This document shows positions 19,639 to 28,546 of a stretch of DNA of 64,000 bases, piece after piece (the stretch's first letter is position 1; every line of letters begins with the position of its first letter). The stretch is from NCBI GenBank assembly GCA_022825385.1, contig JAJDWX010000033.1, forward strand, positions 680 to 64,679, written 5' to 3'. The notes below the pieces were generated by a model. The model was given only the letters and a program-made list of their open reading frames with translations, searched no databases and had not been told where the DNA came from. This stretch comes from Rhodothermales bacterium. Its GTDB lineage: Bacteria > Bacteroidota > Rhodothermia > Rhodothermales > VXPQ01. A program made the translations under genes and the position numbers.

Positions 19639-20934
19639 ATGCCGGAAGGTTTCGCATTCGAAGAAGCGTCGCAGGGCATAGCGGCGTACCGTCTTGCGGC
19701 CAATGGCTTGCAGGTGTTGCTGCTGCGGGACGCTACGGCCCCCGTCGCCGCCTTTATGATCACCTACCTCGTCGGCAGCCGCCACGAGCCGGAAGGCCGC
19801 ACGGGCGCGTTCCATTTTCTGGAACACCTCATGTTCAAAGGGTCGGCCCGCTTCAATAAAGAGGCGGGCGCCTCGGTATTCGGCATATTGCAGCGCACGG
19901 GGGCCCGGGTCAACGCCACCACTTCGCTGGATCGAACGAATTACTACGAAATGCTTCCCGTAGAACATCTTCCGCTCGCCGTGGAAATCGAAGCGGATCG
20001 CATGCGCGGCGCCTTGCTCCGACGCGAAGACATGGAGCGGGAGCGCACGGTCATCCTGAACGAACTGGACCGGGGCGAAAACGATCCGATTCGCAAACTT
20101 TTCCATGCGGTGTGGAGCGCGGCTTTCACCGAGCATCCCTACCGCCACCCGGTGATCGGATGGCGAAAGGACGTGGAACAGATGACGCCGGACGATTTGC
20201 GCCAGCTATACGATACCTGGTACCGACCGGACAATGCAACGGTTAGCGTGATCGGAGATTTCGATAAAACGAAAACGCTGGAATGCATTCGCCGCCATTT
20301 CGAGCCGGTCGCCAATCCGCCGAAGCCCTTGCCTGTGGTCTGCGCCCGCGAACCGGCGCAGGAGCAGGCGCGGCGCGTAGTCGTAGAACAGGCGGGATGG
20401 CAGGGCGCCGTAATGCTGGCCTGGAAATCGCCCTGCGGGATGGATACGGACACGGACGCCCTCGATATGCTTTTCGCTGTCCTGTCCGCCGGCAAGCATA
20501 GCCGCTTGTACCGGCGCCTTACCGATCGCGGCCTTACGACCAGCGCGTGGGGAACCGTTTCCCGGTTTCGCGATCCGGGGCTTGCCTATGTGTTTGCGAG
20601 GCCGGCGCCCGGCAAAACGCACGAAGAAGTAGCCGCGGCCATCCAGGAAGCCGTAGACGAGATTCGCGACAACGGGGTGGAGGAAGCAGAACTGCGGCGG
20701 GCGGCGAACCAGCGCAAGGCGCAGGCAGCCTTTAGCCGCGACGGGGCGTTTTCGGCGGCGGCGGAACTGAGCGAAGCGCTTGCGGCGGGCGACTGGAAAC
20801 TGTACGCGTCCATGCAGGACCGCCTGAGCGCCGTCTCCGCAGAAGACGCGCAGCGGGTCGCGCGGCGCTATCTCGTACGCAACGCTTGCACCACGGGCTT
20901 CTACAGGATAGCAGACGGCGAGGCCTCCGCATGA
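19639..20934 (+). CDS. M16-family zinc peptidase (catalytic subunit)
   Basis: HxxEH zinc motif HFLEHLMFKG. ATG 19639 lies just after the polA stop. Confidence 0.9.
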   Translation: MPEGFAFEEASQGIAAYRLAANGLQVLLLRDATAPVAAFMITYLVGSRHEPEGRTGAFHFLEHLMFKGSARFNKEAGASVFGILQRTGARVNATTSLDRTNYYEMLPVEHLPLAVEIEADRMRGALLRREDMERERTVILNELDRGENDPIRKLFHAVWSAAFTEHPYRHPVIGWRKDVEQMTPDDLRQLYDTWYRPDNATVSVIGDFDKTKTLECIRRHFEPVANPPKPLPVVCAREPAQEQARRVVVEQAGWQGAVMLAWKSPCGMDTDTDALDMLFAVLSAGKHSRLYRRLTDRGLTTSAWGTVSRFRDPGLAYVFARPAPGKTHEEVAAAIQEAVDEIRDNGVEEAELRRAANQRKAQAAFSRDGAFSAAAELSEALAAGDWKLYASMQDRLSAVSAEDAQRVARRYLVRNACTTGFYRIADGEASA

Positions 20935-22247
20935 CGGTTTTGTCCGAAGCGCCGCCTGGCAAGCAGTCCTTCGTCGAGCGCATTTCCGAGCGTCGAATGG
21001 GTCCGTGCCGCCTTATCGCGCTGCGTACGCCCATCCGCGACGTGGTTACGTGGTGCGGCTCCTTCGCAAGCGCGCCGGACCTGGGCCGTCGGGAGGCGTT
21101 GTTGCTGCAGCATCTGGTCGTGTCCATGCTGGACAAGGGCGCCGGCGCGCTGGACCAGTTCGCCATCGCGGAAATACTGGAAACGAGGGGGGCAGAACTG
21201 GCGTTCGCCTCAGATACGCTGCGCATAGATTTTGCGGGCCGCGCCCTGAAAGAAGACGCCCCGGAAGCGCTGGGCCTTGCCGCCTTGCAGCTGCGCGAAC
21301 CCCTCTTCCCGGAAGAAGAACTGCCCAAGGCCAAAGACCGGATCGCTGCCTCCGTCAAGCGCTCGATGGAAAGCACCGCCGCGCAGGCGTCCAGGGCGTT
21401 GCGGCAGCGGCTATACGACGCGGCGCATCCGAATCACGCCCAGTCGTTCGAGGCGCAACTGGCGCAATTGCAAGACTTTTCCATAGACGACGTCCGAACG
21501 TATCATGCGGCGCATTTCGGCGCCAACGCCTTTACGCTCGTGGTGATAGGCGACATGGACGAAGACGCCCTGGCCAAGGTCGTGGACGAGCGCTTCGCCA
21601 GCTGGCCGCCGCGCGACATGGCGCCGCGCTTCGCCGCGACAGCCGAACAGCGCATGCCCGGCTCGTCCGTCGTTACCCTCCCGGACAAGGAAAATGTCGA
21701 TGTGCGCCTGGGGCATACGCTCTCGATCCGGCGCAACGCCGACGAGTATCTCCCCTTATTCCTTGCCAATTTCGTCCTGGGCGGCAATTTCTCGGCGCGG
21801 CTGATGCAAACCATTCGCGACGAAATGGGCCTGACGTACGGCATTGGCTCTTCGCTTGCGGGCGTATCCACCGAATACGGAGGGCACTGGCAAGTGGGCG
21901 TAACCCTGTCCAAAGAACATGTGCAGCGCGGCATAGACGAAACGGCGAAGCAACTCCGCCGCTTCGTCGCGGACGGGATAACGAGCGAAGAACTCGAAGA
22001 GAAAAAAACGACGGTTACGGGCTCCTTCAAGGTGGGGCTCTCCACCACGTTCGGACTGGCGAAAACGCTCCTCGCCAATATCGAGCAGGGATTCCCGCTC
22101 GGCTACCTGGACGAATTTCCAGAAAAGATCAGGCGCATTACAGTGGACGAAGCGAATAGCGCCATTGCGCAAACCTTCGTTCCCGACGCCCTGCATAGCG
22201 CGCTGGCCGGAAATATCCGGGAGGAAGACGTCAGGGTAATCTGTTAG
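20931..22247 (+). CDS. M16-family peptidase-like protein (no HxxEH, probable non-catalytic partner)
   Basis: ATGA start/stop overlap with the preceding M16 gene. Insulinase-like length and layout without the zinc motif. Confidence 0.8.
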   Translation: MTVLSEAPPGKQSFVERISERRMGPCRLIALRTPIRDVVTWCGSFASAPDLGRREALLLQHLVVSMLDKGAGALDQFAIAEILETRGAELAFASDTLRIDFAGRALKEDAPEALGLAALQLREPLFPEEELPKAKDRIAASVKRSMESTAAQASRALRQRLYDAAHPNHAQSFEAQLAQLQDFSIDDVRTYHAAHFGANAFTLVVIGDMDEDALAKVVDERFASWPPRDMAPRFAATAEQRMPGSSVVTLPDKENVDVRLGHTLSIRRNADEYLPLFLANFVLGGNFSARLMQTIRDEMGLTYGIGSSLAGVSTEYGGHWQVGVTLSKEHVQRGIDETAKQLRRFVADGITSEELEEKKTTVTGSFKVGLSTTFGLAKTLLANIEQGFPLGYLDEFPEKIRRITVDEANSAIAQTFVPDALHSALAGNIREEDVRVIC

Positions 22248-22335
22248 TGAAGTGTTTGCGCCCCCAAGACCCGCTCTAATGCAGCACCCGATTCCCCAGC
22301 AAGCCCGATTAAAATAATAAGGCGCAAAAAACGCA

Positions 22336-22352
22336 AGGTTAAATAATTAAGG
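22336..22352. repeat. AT-rich 17-mer AGGTTAAATAATTAAGG (also at 49311-49327, inverted)
   Basis: Exact 17/17 reverse-complement match between two convergent intergenic spacers. Confidence 0.85.
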
Positions 22353-22365
22353 CGGGGCCGATTCG

Positions 22366-22472
22366 GGGGTCTGTGGTGTGCCTTTTCACGAAAAATCGGG
22401 CCCCTAATACCCATGCAAACCCATCGTCTGCCGCGCCCTTATGTATTCGTGAAAAGGCACACCACAGACCCC
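22366..22472. repeat. perfect 27-bp inverted repeat with 53-nt loop
   Basis: GGGGTCTGTGGTGTGCCTTTTCACGAA at 22366-22392 and its exact reverse complement at 22446-22472. Confidence 0.9.
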
Positions 22473-22539
22473 GTTGTCAAGAAAGGCGCACTCCAGGCCC
22501 CGTTGTCAAGAAAGGCGCGCCCAAGGCTCCGTTTTCACG
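22469..22539. repeat. 29-bp tandem repeat, about 2.4 units
   Basis: CCCCGTTGTCAAGAAAGGCGC.. starts at 22469 and 22498; a degenerate third unit starts at 22527. Confidence 0.8.
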
Positions 22540-22570
22540 CTGCGCCCGATTCCCAGCAAGACCGCGCTGC

Positions 22571-23101
22571 TTATCCTTGCGCGACCTTGTCCGGAGCAGG
22601 CAGAATAAAAGCAAGCAACAGGTAGGCAATAATCGCAGGAGGACCGCCCGTCAAAATCAGGAGCGCGACAAATCCCACCCGCACAAGCGTAGCGTCCAGG
22701 TTGAAATACTCCGCCAGGCCGCCGGCCACGCCGGAAATCTTTTTGTCGCGGGATTTCGCAAGGGTTTTGCCCGCAGTGGTTCGGACGCGCGGCGAAGCCT
22801 TGGGCGGCTTGTATTTTTTGCGGGGACGCCAGGACAGCACGCCAAAGCCCAGCAGGATAATAAGAATGCCGGCCACCCAGGGCAGCATCCGAACAAGGCC
22901 CCCAATGCCAAAGCCGTGCCACAGGCCTGCTTCCTGGGCAATATAGCTAACGCCCACCAGAATCAGCGCAAGGCCCGCCAGCATGGGCAAATTCCAGCGC
23001 GGCGTGTCGGGCGTATCGTTTTCTTCGAACAGAAATTTTTCCATTTCTGATTCCGAGAACGATCCGGGGTCGGTGCTTTCGGCTCTTTCTTCGATGGTCA
23101 T
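22571..23101 (-). CDS. PspC domain-containing membrane protein
   Basis: KKISGVAGGLAEYFNLDATLVRVGFVALLILTGG matches the PspC domain. 176 aa. Confidence 0.85.
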   Translation of the reverse strand: MTIEERAESTDPGSFSESEMEKFLFEENDTPDTPRWNLPMLAGLALILVGVSYIAQEAGLWHGFGIGGLVRMLPWVAGILIILLGFGVLSWRPRKKYKPPKASPRVRTTAGKTLAKSRDKKISGVAGGLAEYFNLDATLVRVGFVALLILTGGPPAIIAYLLLAFILPAPDKVAQG

Positions 23102-23253
23102 GCCGGGGACAGAACGATGGACAAGGGGGTTTCGATTATCGCAGCGGTGGCTTGCAATGCGCTATGGGTCCGCAAAGGGCCTTCTGCTGCAACGAAGTGT
23201 ACGACACAGATCCGCCGGATGTTACAGGGGCGGCACCCACGAAGCGATTTTAA

Positions 23254-23886
23254 TCAGCGTACTCCTCGAATGCGAAGCGTTTCCTGCTCCGTAACGAGGA
23301 TGTCCATGGGGATATCGTGGGGTTCGGAAGGGACCGAATCGAGGAGGCAGGCCGCATACGTTATCCCGATGCGAAGCGCCCGCATACCTTGCAGAAAAGC
23401 GTCGTAATACCCTGTTCCATGCCCGATCCGGCGTCCGTCCCGCCCGCCGCCCAGCATGGGGACAATAACCGCATCGATGCAGTCCGGCGCGACCCGCTCG
23501 CAGCCTGCGGGACGGGGAATGCCCCAGGGAGGCTCCGGGGTCGGGGCGCGTCCGTCATACCGCACGGCGTACATAACCGGAACCCGGACGTCCGGCGTCA
23601 GCGGGAGGGCGATCTCCGCGCCTTGCGCGCGAAGTTGCGCGATCGCCGAACGAATGTCCGGTTCGCGGCGTTCCACCATCGGCCAGTAGGCATGCACGCA
23701 TCCGGGGCGGTCCATTTCGGGAAGCCCAAGCAACTGCGCTGCGATCTGCGCGCTTTGGCGGGCATATTCGGCTTCGGTCAAGGCTTGCCGATAGGCGCCG
23801 AATCGCTTGCGCAGCCTCGATTTGCCGTTCGTATCCGTGTTCGTATTCGTGGTCGTATCCATAGGACGGGTCAGCGCGTCGCGCAT
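23254..23886 (-). CDS. 5-formyltetrahydrofolate cyclo-ligase
   Basis: IDAVIVPMLGGGRDGRRIGHGTGYYDAFL and EPHDIPMDILVTE match the family core. Confidence 0.85.
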   Translation of the reverse strand: MRDALTRPMDTTTNTNTDTNGKSRLRKRFGAYRQALTEAEYARQSAQIAAQLLGLPEMDRPGCVHAYWPMVERREPDIRSAIAQLRAQGAEIALPLTPDVRVPVMYAVRYDGRAPTPEPPWGIPRPAGCERVAPDCIDAVIVPMLGGGRDGRRIGHGTGYYDAFLQGMRALRIGITYAACLLDSVPSEPHDIPMDILVTEQETLRIRGVR

Positions 23887-23957
23887 AGAGGGCCAAGAGG
23901 CAATATACCCGGTTTCGCGGCGAAATACGGCCTGCGATTGCGAAGTTCTCGCAAGGC

Positions 23958-23986
23958 TTGATTCAGGACTTTATATTTCGTACTTT
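23958..23986 (+). promoter_or_regulatory. candidate sigma-70-type promoter of ffh
   Basis: TTGATT (23958-23963), 17-nt spacer, TACTTT (23981-23986), 32 nt before the ffh ATG. Same geometry and downstream 12-mer as upstream of hemA. Confidence 0.3.
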
Positions 23987-24017
23987 GTCAGGCTATTGAA
24001 ATTAACCAGCATTCGTT

Positions 24018-25367
24018 ATGTTCGAGAGCCTTTCGCAAAAGGTCGGAAGCGCGTTAAAACGCATTAGCGGACAGGGGCGCATCACCGAGCTGAATGTCGC
24101 GGAAATGATGCGCGATATCCGGCGAGCCTTGCTGGAAGCCGACGTCAACTATCAGGTCGCCCGCGATTTTACGGAGCGCGTCCGCAACGAGGCGCTGGGC
24201 GAAGCCGTGCTGTCTTCGGTTTCTCCCGGACAACAACTCGTCAAACTGGTTTACGACGAATTGACCGGCCTTTTAGGAGACGAGCGCAAAGACGTTGCGC
24301 TGGCGCAGCATCCCCCCACGGTTATTCTGGTGGCGGGCTTGCAAGGATCCGGCAAAACGACCTTCTGCGCAAAGCTTGCCCGGCATTTCAAGCAGCAGGG
24401 GAATACGCCGTTGCTGGCCGCGGCGGACGTATATCGCCCGGCGGCGGTGGCGCAGCTGGAAACGCTGGCGCGGTCTATCGACGTGCCGGTGCATTCCGTG
24501 ATGGAAGGCGGACAACCCGTCCCGGACGCCGTGCGCGTAGCCCGCGAAGCCATCCGGGCGGCCCGCCGCGCCGCGCGCGACATCGTCATTGTGGATACGG
24601 CGGGTCGGCTTCACGTAGACGAGGAAATGATGACCGAGGCTGCGACCATAAAGCGCGCCGTAGACCCGGACGAAATTCTCTTTGTGGTAGACAGCATGAC
24701 GGGGCAGGATGCGGTGCAGGCCGCGCGGGCCTTCAACGAACGGCTGGATTTCGACGGCGTCGTGCTTTCCAAACTGGACGGAGATACGCGCGGCGGCGCA
24801 GCCCTTTCCATACGCTCGGTTGTCCAAAAGCCGATCAAGTTCGCCTCCACAGGCGAAAAAATGGATGCGCTTACGCCATTTTACCCGGATCGCATGGCGC
24901 GGCGCATCCTCGGCATGGGCGATATCGTTTCGTTTGTCGAAAAAGCGCAGGAGCAGTTCGACGAACGACAGGCCGGGCAACTTCGCAAGAAGATTCGTTC
25001 GCAGGATTTCGACCTGGCCGATTTCTACGAGCAAATCCAGCGCATTCGCAAAATGGGATCGCTCAGCGACATCGCCGGCATGCTTCCGGGCATGGAGCGT
25101 CAGGCGCGCGAAGCGCAGATCGACGACGACGCCTTTACGCACATCGAAGCCATCATCCTTTCCATGACGCCCGAAGAGCGGCGCCATCCGTCCATACTGA
25201 ACGGAAGCCGCCGTCGCCGCATTGCGCGCGGCAGCGGAACCGAGGTGCGCGACGTGAACCAGCTGCTCAAGCAGTTCAAGGACATGAAAAAGATGATGAA
25301 AACCGTTTCGCGCATGACAAACGCCAAAAGGTCCGTAGACCTTTCCCGGCTCATGGGGCGTCCGTAG
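24018..25367 (+). CDS. ffh: signal recognition particle protein
   Basis: NG domain motifs GLQGSGKTT, DTAGR and KLDGD, plus a Met-rich M domain. 449 aa. Confidence 0.97.
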   Translation: MFESLSQKVGSALKRISGQGRITELNVAEMMRDIRRALLEADVNYQVARDFTERVRNEALGEAVLSSVSPGQQLVKLVYDELTGLLGDERKDVALAQHPPTVILVAGLQGSGKTTFCAKLARHFKQQGNTPLLAAADVYRPAAVAQLETLARSIDVPVHSVMEGGQPVPDAVRVAREAIRAARRAARDIVIVDTAGRLHVDEEMMTEAATIKRAVDPDEILFVVDSMTGQDAVQAARAFNERLDFDGVVLSKLDGDTRGGAALSIRSVVQKPIKFASTGEKMDALTPFYPDRMARRILGMGDIVSFVEKAQEQFDERQAGQLRKKIRSQDFDLADFYEQIQRIRKMGSLSDIAGMLPGMERQAREAQIDDDAFTHIEAIILSMTPEERRHPSILNGSRRRRIARGSGTEVRDVNQLLKQFKDMKKMMKTVSRMTNAKRSVDLSRLMGRP

Positions 25368-25432
25368 GCGCCCGCAAACCCCGCTTTACGCAACACACGC
25401 CAATCAATCATCGGAATCAAGAGGCATACACC

Positions 25433-26287
25433 GTGGCAGTCAAACTTCGTTTGCGTCGCATGGGACGCAAGAAACTCCCGCTCTGGACTATCGTCGCCGC
25501 CGATTCGCGCCGGGCGCGAGACGGGCGCTATATCGAAAAACTGGGCAATTACAACCCGCTCGTCAAACCCTCTACGGTCGAGCTGAACGTCGAGCGGATT
25601 CATTATTGGCTGGAGCAGGGCGCCCAACCCTCCGATACAGTGCGGAATCTGCTGAAGCAGGAAGGCGTCTTGCTGGAACGGCACCTTCGACTGAAAGGAA
25701 AAACGGAGGAGGAGATACGGCAGACCGTCGAGGCGCATCGCGAACGGCAGGCCGTGAAGCGCGCCGCTTCCGTCAAGGAAACCGCGCAATCCCGACGGCA
25801 AAAGGCGCTGGACGAAGAGACGAAGCGCGTAGCCGCGCAGGAAGCGAAAGCAGCGAAGCAACGAGCCGAACAGGAAGAGCAGGCGCGACAGGAAGCCGAA
25901 GCCGCGAAAAAGAAATTGGCCCAGGAGCGGGTAGAGGCTGAAAAAGAAGCGGCTGCCGCCGCCGAAAAAGCCTCCGAAGCGGACGCAAGCGAGACGGAAG
26001 CCCCGGCTGCCGCCCCTGAAAAAGCTCCCGAAGCGGAGGCGAGCGAGGCAAAGGCCCCGGCTGCCGCCGCCGAAAAAGCTCCCGAAACGGACGCAAGCGA
26101 GACGGAGGCTCCGGCTGCCGCCGCCGAAAAAGCTCCCGAAACGGAGGCGGGCGAGGCAAAGGCTCCGGCTGCCGCCGCTGAAAAAGCCCCCGAAACGGAG
26201 GCGAGCGAGGCGAAGGCCCCAACCGCCGCGGTCACGGAAAGCGACGCCCCCGAAGAAAACGCGGAAGAAAGCAAGGCGGAGCAATAG
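25433..26287 (+). CDS. rpsP: 30S ribosomal protein S16 with long repetitive Ala/Glu/Pro/Lys C-terminal extension
   Basis: GTG start. N-terminus MAVKLRLRRMGRKKLPLWTIVAADSRRARDGRYIEKLGNYNP is canonical S16. 284 aa in total. Confidence 0.9.
   Translation: MAVKLRLRRMGRKKLPLWTIVAADSRRARDGRYIEKLGNYNPLVKPSTVELNVERIHYWLEQGAQPSDTVRNLLKQEGVLLERHLRLKGKTEEEIRQTVEAHRERQAVKRAASVKETAQSRRQKALDEETKRVAAQEAKAAKQRAEQEEQARQEAEAAKKKLAQERVEAEKEAAAAAEKASEADASETEAPAAAPEKAPEAEASEAKAPAAAAEKAPETDASETEAPAAAAEKAPETEAGEAKAPAAAAEKAPETEASEAKAPTAAVTESDAPEENAEESKAEQ
25952..26232 (+). repeat. in-frame 54-bp (18-aa) tandem repeat, about 5 units, inside rpsP
   Basis: Units EKA(S/P)E(A/T)(D/E)A(S/G)E(T/A)(E/K)AP(A/T)AA(P/A), alternating in two subtypes. 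Confidence 0.85.
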
Positions 26288-26318
26288 CATACGCTGCCGC
26301 CTGCTTCCGTACGGTTCT

Positions 26319-26873
26319 TTGAACGCAACGACCTGCCCCGACCGTGCCGATACGCTCCTGTGTTTGGGGCGCGTATACCGGGCTCATGGCCTGTCGGGCG
26401 AAGTCAAGGTAATCCCCGAAACCGCCGATTCGACGAAACTCGAATCGGCGTCCGCGCTGTATATGGGACAAACGCCCGATACCGCGCGGCGCGTCAACGT
26501 GCAGGGGGTCCGCCGCCAGTACGCCCGCAAGGGATTGCTGGTTCTGCTCAAACTGGAAAACGTGGACTCGCGGGAAGCCGCCGAAGCGTTGCGGGGCGCC
26601 TTGCTGTACGCCCAGGCGGAGGCGGCGGGCGATCTGGCCCGGAACGAATTTTCCTGGCGCGACCTGACAGGATTTGCCGTGATAGAAGAAAATGGAGACC
26701 GGGTCGGGACGGTGGAGGACGTATTGGCCTTCCCCGGACAGGAGATGCTGGTCATTGCGCGCAACGAGCGCCCCTCGGCGATGGTGCCGGCCGTCCCCGA
26801 ATTCGTGGCGGCGGTCGATCCCGAGGCGAAGCGCATGACCCTGCGGACAATAGAAGGACTGCTGGACGCATAA
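26319..26873 (+). CDS. rimM: 16S rRNA processing protein RimM
   Basis: LGRVYRAHGLSGEVKV N-terminal barrel motif and its position between rpsP and trmD. Start is TTG at 26319 (no ATG), so uncertain. Confidence 0.85.
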   Translation: MNATTCPDRADTLLCLGRVYRAHGLSGEVKVIPETADSTKLESASALYMGQTPDTARRVNVQGVRRQYARKGLLVLLKLENVDSREAAEALRGALLYAQAEAAGDLARNEFSWRDLTGFAVIEENGDRVGTVEDVLAFPGQEMLVIARNERPSAMVPAVPEFVAAVDPEAKRMTLRTIEGLLDA

Positions 26874-26888
26874 ACAAGGAACTGCGCC

Positions 26889-27614
26889 GTGCGCATCGAT
26901 ATTGTCACCGTACTTCCCGAACTCGTCGCCGGCGCGCTGCGGCACGGCGTCCTGCGGCGCGCGGCGGACAAGGGCCTGGCGGATATTCGCGTCCATGACA
27001 TCCGGACCCATGCGCTGGACAAGCACCGGCAGGTAGACGACTATCCGTATGGAGGCGGCGCGGGCATGGTATTGAAACCGGAACCCGTTTTCCGGTGTAT
27101 AGAGGCGATTCGCTCGGAAAGCGGCCAGGCCGTGGACGAAATCGTGTATTTCGCCCCGGACGGCGAAACGCTGACCCAGGAAACGGCCACGGCCCTGTCG
27201 CTCCAGGAACACCTTGTATTCCTGGCGGGGCAGTATATCGGAATAGATCAACGGATTCGGGACGCACTGGTTACGCGAGAAATCTCCATGGGAGATTATG
27301 TGCTGAGCGGCGGGGAGCTGCCCGCGCTTGCGCTTGCGGACGCCATGGCGCGCCTGATCCCGGGCGTACTGGGCGACGCCGAATCGGCGTTGTCCGATTC
27401 GTTTCAGGACGGATTGCTGGGCGCTCCGGTCTATACGCGGCCTGCCGAATTTCGGGGGATGCGCGTGCCGGAGGTTTTGTTATCCGGAAACCATAAAGAA
27501 ATTGCCCGCTGGCGGGAACGGCAACGCCAGCGCCTGACGGCGCGGCAAAGACCCGACTTGTCGGAAAGGGGAGCAGACTTCCCCGAACCTGGTTCGCGCC
27601 AGGCATCATCGTAA
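26889..27614 (+). CDS. trmD: tRNA (guanine37-N1)-methyltransferase
   Basis: GTG start. Motifs [28 protein letters not shown] and [14 protein letters not shown]. Confidence 0.93.
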   Translation: MRIDIVTVLPELVAGALRHGVLRRAADKGLADIRVHDIRTHALDKHRQVDDYPYGGGAGMVLKPEPVFRCIEAIRSESGQAVDEIVYFAPDGETLTQETATALSLQEHLVFLAGQYIGIDQRIRDALVTREISMGDYVLSGGELPALALADAMARLIPGVLGDAESALSDSFQDGLLGAPVYTRPAEFRGMRVPEVLLSGNHKEIARWRERQRQRLTARQRPDLSERGADFPEPGSRQASS

Positions 27615-27649
27615 ATATACTGGACCATCCTTTTCAGAGGCACAGCGCC

Positions 27650-28015
27650 ATGGCTACGAATCTCATGCAACTCGTCGAAACGACCCAGCTTCGAGACGAT
27701 ATCCCGGAATTCAAGCCCGGCGATACGGTAAACGTGCATGTGCGCGTCGTCGAGGGAGACAAGGAGCGCATTCAGCAATACCGGGGCGTCGTGATCGCCG
27801 AACAAGGCGCGGGGCCAGGCCGGACCTTTACGGTGCGCAAGATATCCAACGGGATCGGCGTGGAGCGGATTTTCCCGATCAACTCGCCGAAGATCGCAAA
27901 AATCGAGCGGGTTCGGCAGGGGCGCGTCCGGCGAGCGAAGCTCTATTTCCTGCGGTCCCGGCGCGGGAAAGCCGCCCGCATCAAAGAAAAAATCCATGAC
28001 GGGCCCAGGGGATAG
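27650..28015 (+). CDS. rplS: 50S ribosomal protein L19
   Basis: Motifs [22 protein letters not shown] and [17 protein letters not shown]. 121 aa. Confidence 0.95.
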   Translation: MATNLMQLVETTQLRDDIPEFKPGDTVNVHVRVVEGDKERIQQYRGVVIAEQGAGPGRTFTVRKISNGIGVERIFPINSPKIAKIERVRQGRVRRAKLYFLRSRRGKAARIKEKIHDGPRG

Positions 28016-28478
28016 CGCCTCGGACCGCGTTACGCCGATTACGCAAAATCGCAAGGCGTATCACGAGTATCGCGTCGAGGAAATGATCGAGGCCGGCGTC
28101 GTTTTGCGGGGAAGCGAGATAAAATCTGTCCGGCAGGGAAAAATTTCTCTCCAGGAAGCCTGGTGTCGCATCGAGCCCGGCGAGATGACGCTGATGGATT
28201 GCCATATTGCGCCGTACGAATTCGCGGACGCCTCGACGCTGCCTTCGCCGGTTCGTCCCCGGCGGCTTCTGTTGCATCGGCGGGAGCTGCGCAAATGGCG
28301 CAAGGCCTGTTCGCAAAAGGGCTATACGGCGATTCCGCTGTCCGTGTACCTTAAAAACGGGTACGCGAAAGTGAAGGTCGGCCTGTGCAAAGGGAAAAAA
28401 CTGCATGACCGGCGCGCCAGCATCGCCGAGCGAGAAGCCAAACGCCGCATGGAGCGGGCCTCAAGCGCGCGCCATTGA
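27996..28478 (+). CDS. smpB: SsrA-binding protein
   Basis: Motifs [23 protein letters not shown] and [12 protein letters not shown]. 20-nt overlap with rplS. Confidence 0.93.
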   Translation: MTGPGDSASDRVTPITQNRKAYHEYRVEEMIEAGVVLRGSEIKSVRQGKISLQEAWCRIEPGEMTLMDCHIAPYEFADASTLPSPVRPRRLLLHRRELRKWRKACSQKGYTAIPLSVYLKNGYAKVKVGLCKGKKLHDRRASIAEREAKRRMERASSARH

Positions 28479-28546
28479 TTTACAAAAATCCACGGCGTCG
28501 CCTGTTCCGACAGCGCGAGACATTGCCTTATGTAAGCCGCAACCCC

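Noticed and set aside
17057-19657. 866-aa minus-strand ORF antisense to polA.
   Set aside because: Same artefact as above. polA motifs are unambiguous on the plus strand, and the antisense product is low-complexity and Arg-rich.
22469-22539. Possible mini-CRISPR array made of 29-bp repeats.
   Set aside because: The repeats are directly adjacent with no spacers, there are only about 2.4 units, and no cas genes are present.
23887-24017. 6S RNA (ssrS) upstream of the 5-formyl-THF cyclo-ligase gene, as in E. coli ssrS-ygfA.
   Set aside because: The divergent spacer is only 131 nt and also has to hold the ffh promoter. No long imperfect hairpin typical of 6S RNA is visible.
28479-28546. tmRNA (ssrA) next to smpB.
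   Set aside because: The 68-nt gap is far too short, and it has no tRNA-like acceptor or T-arm sequence.
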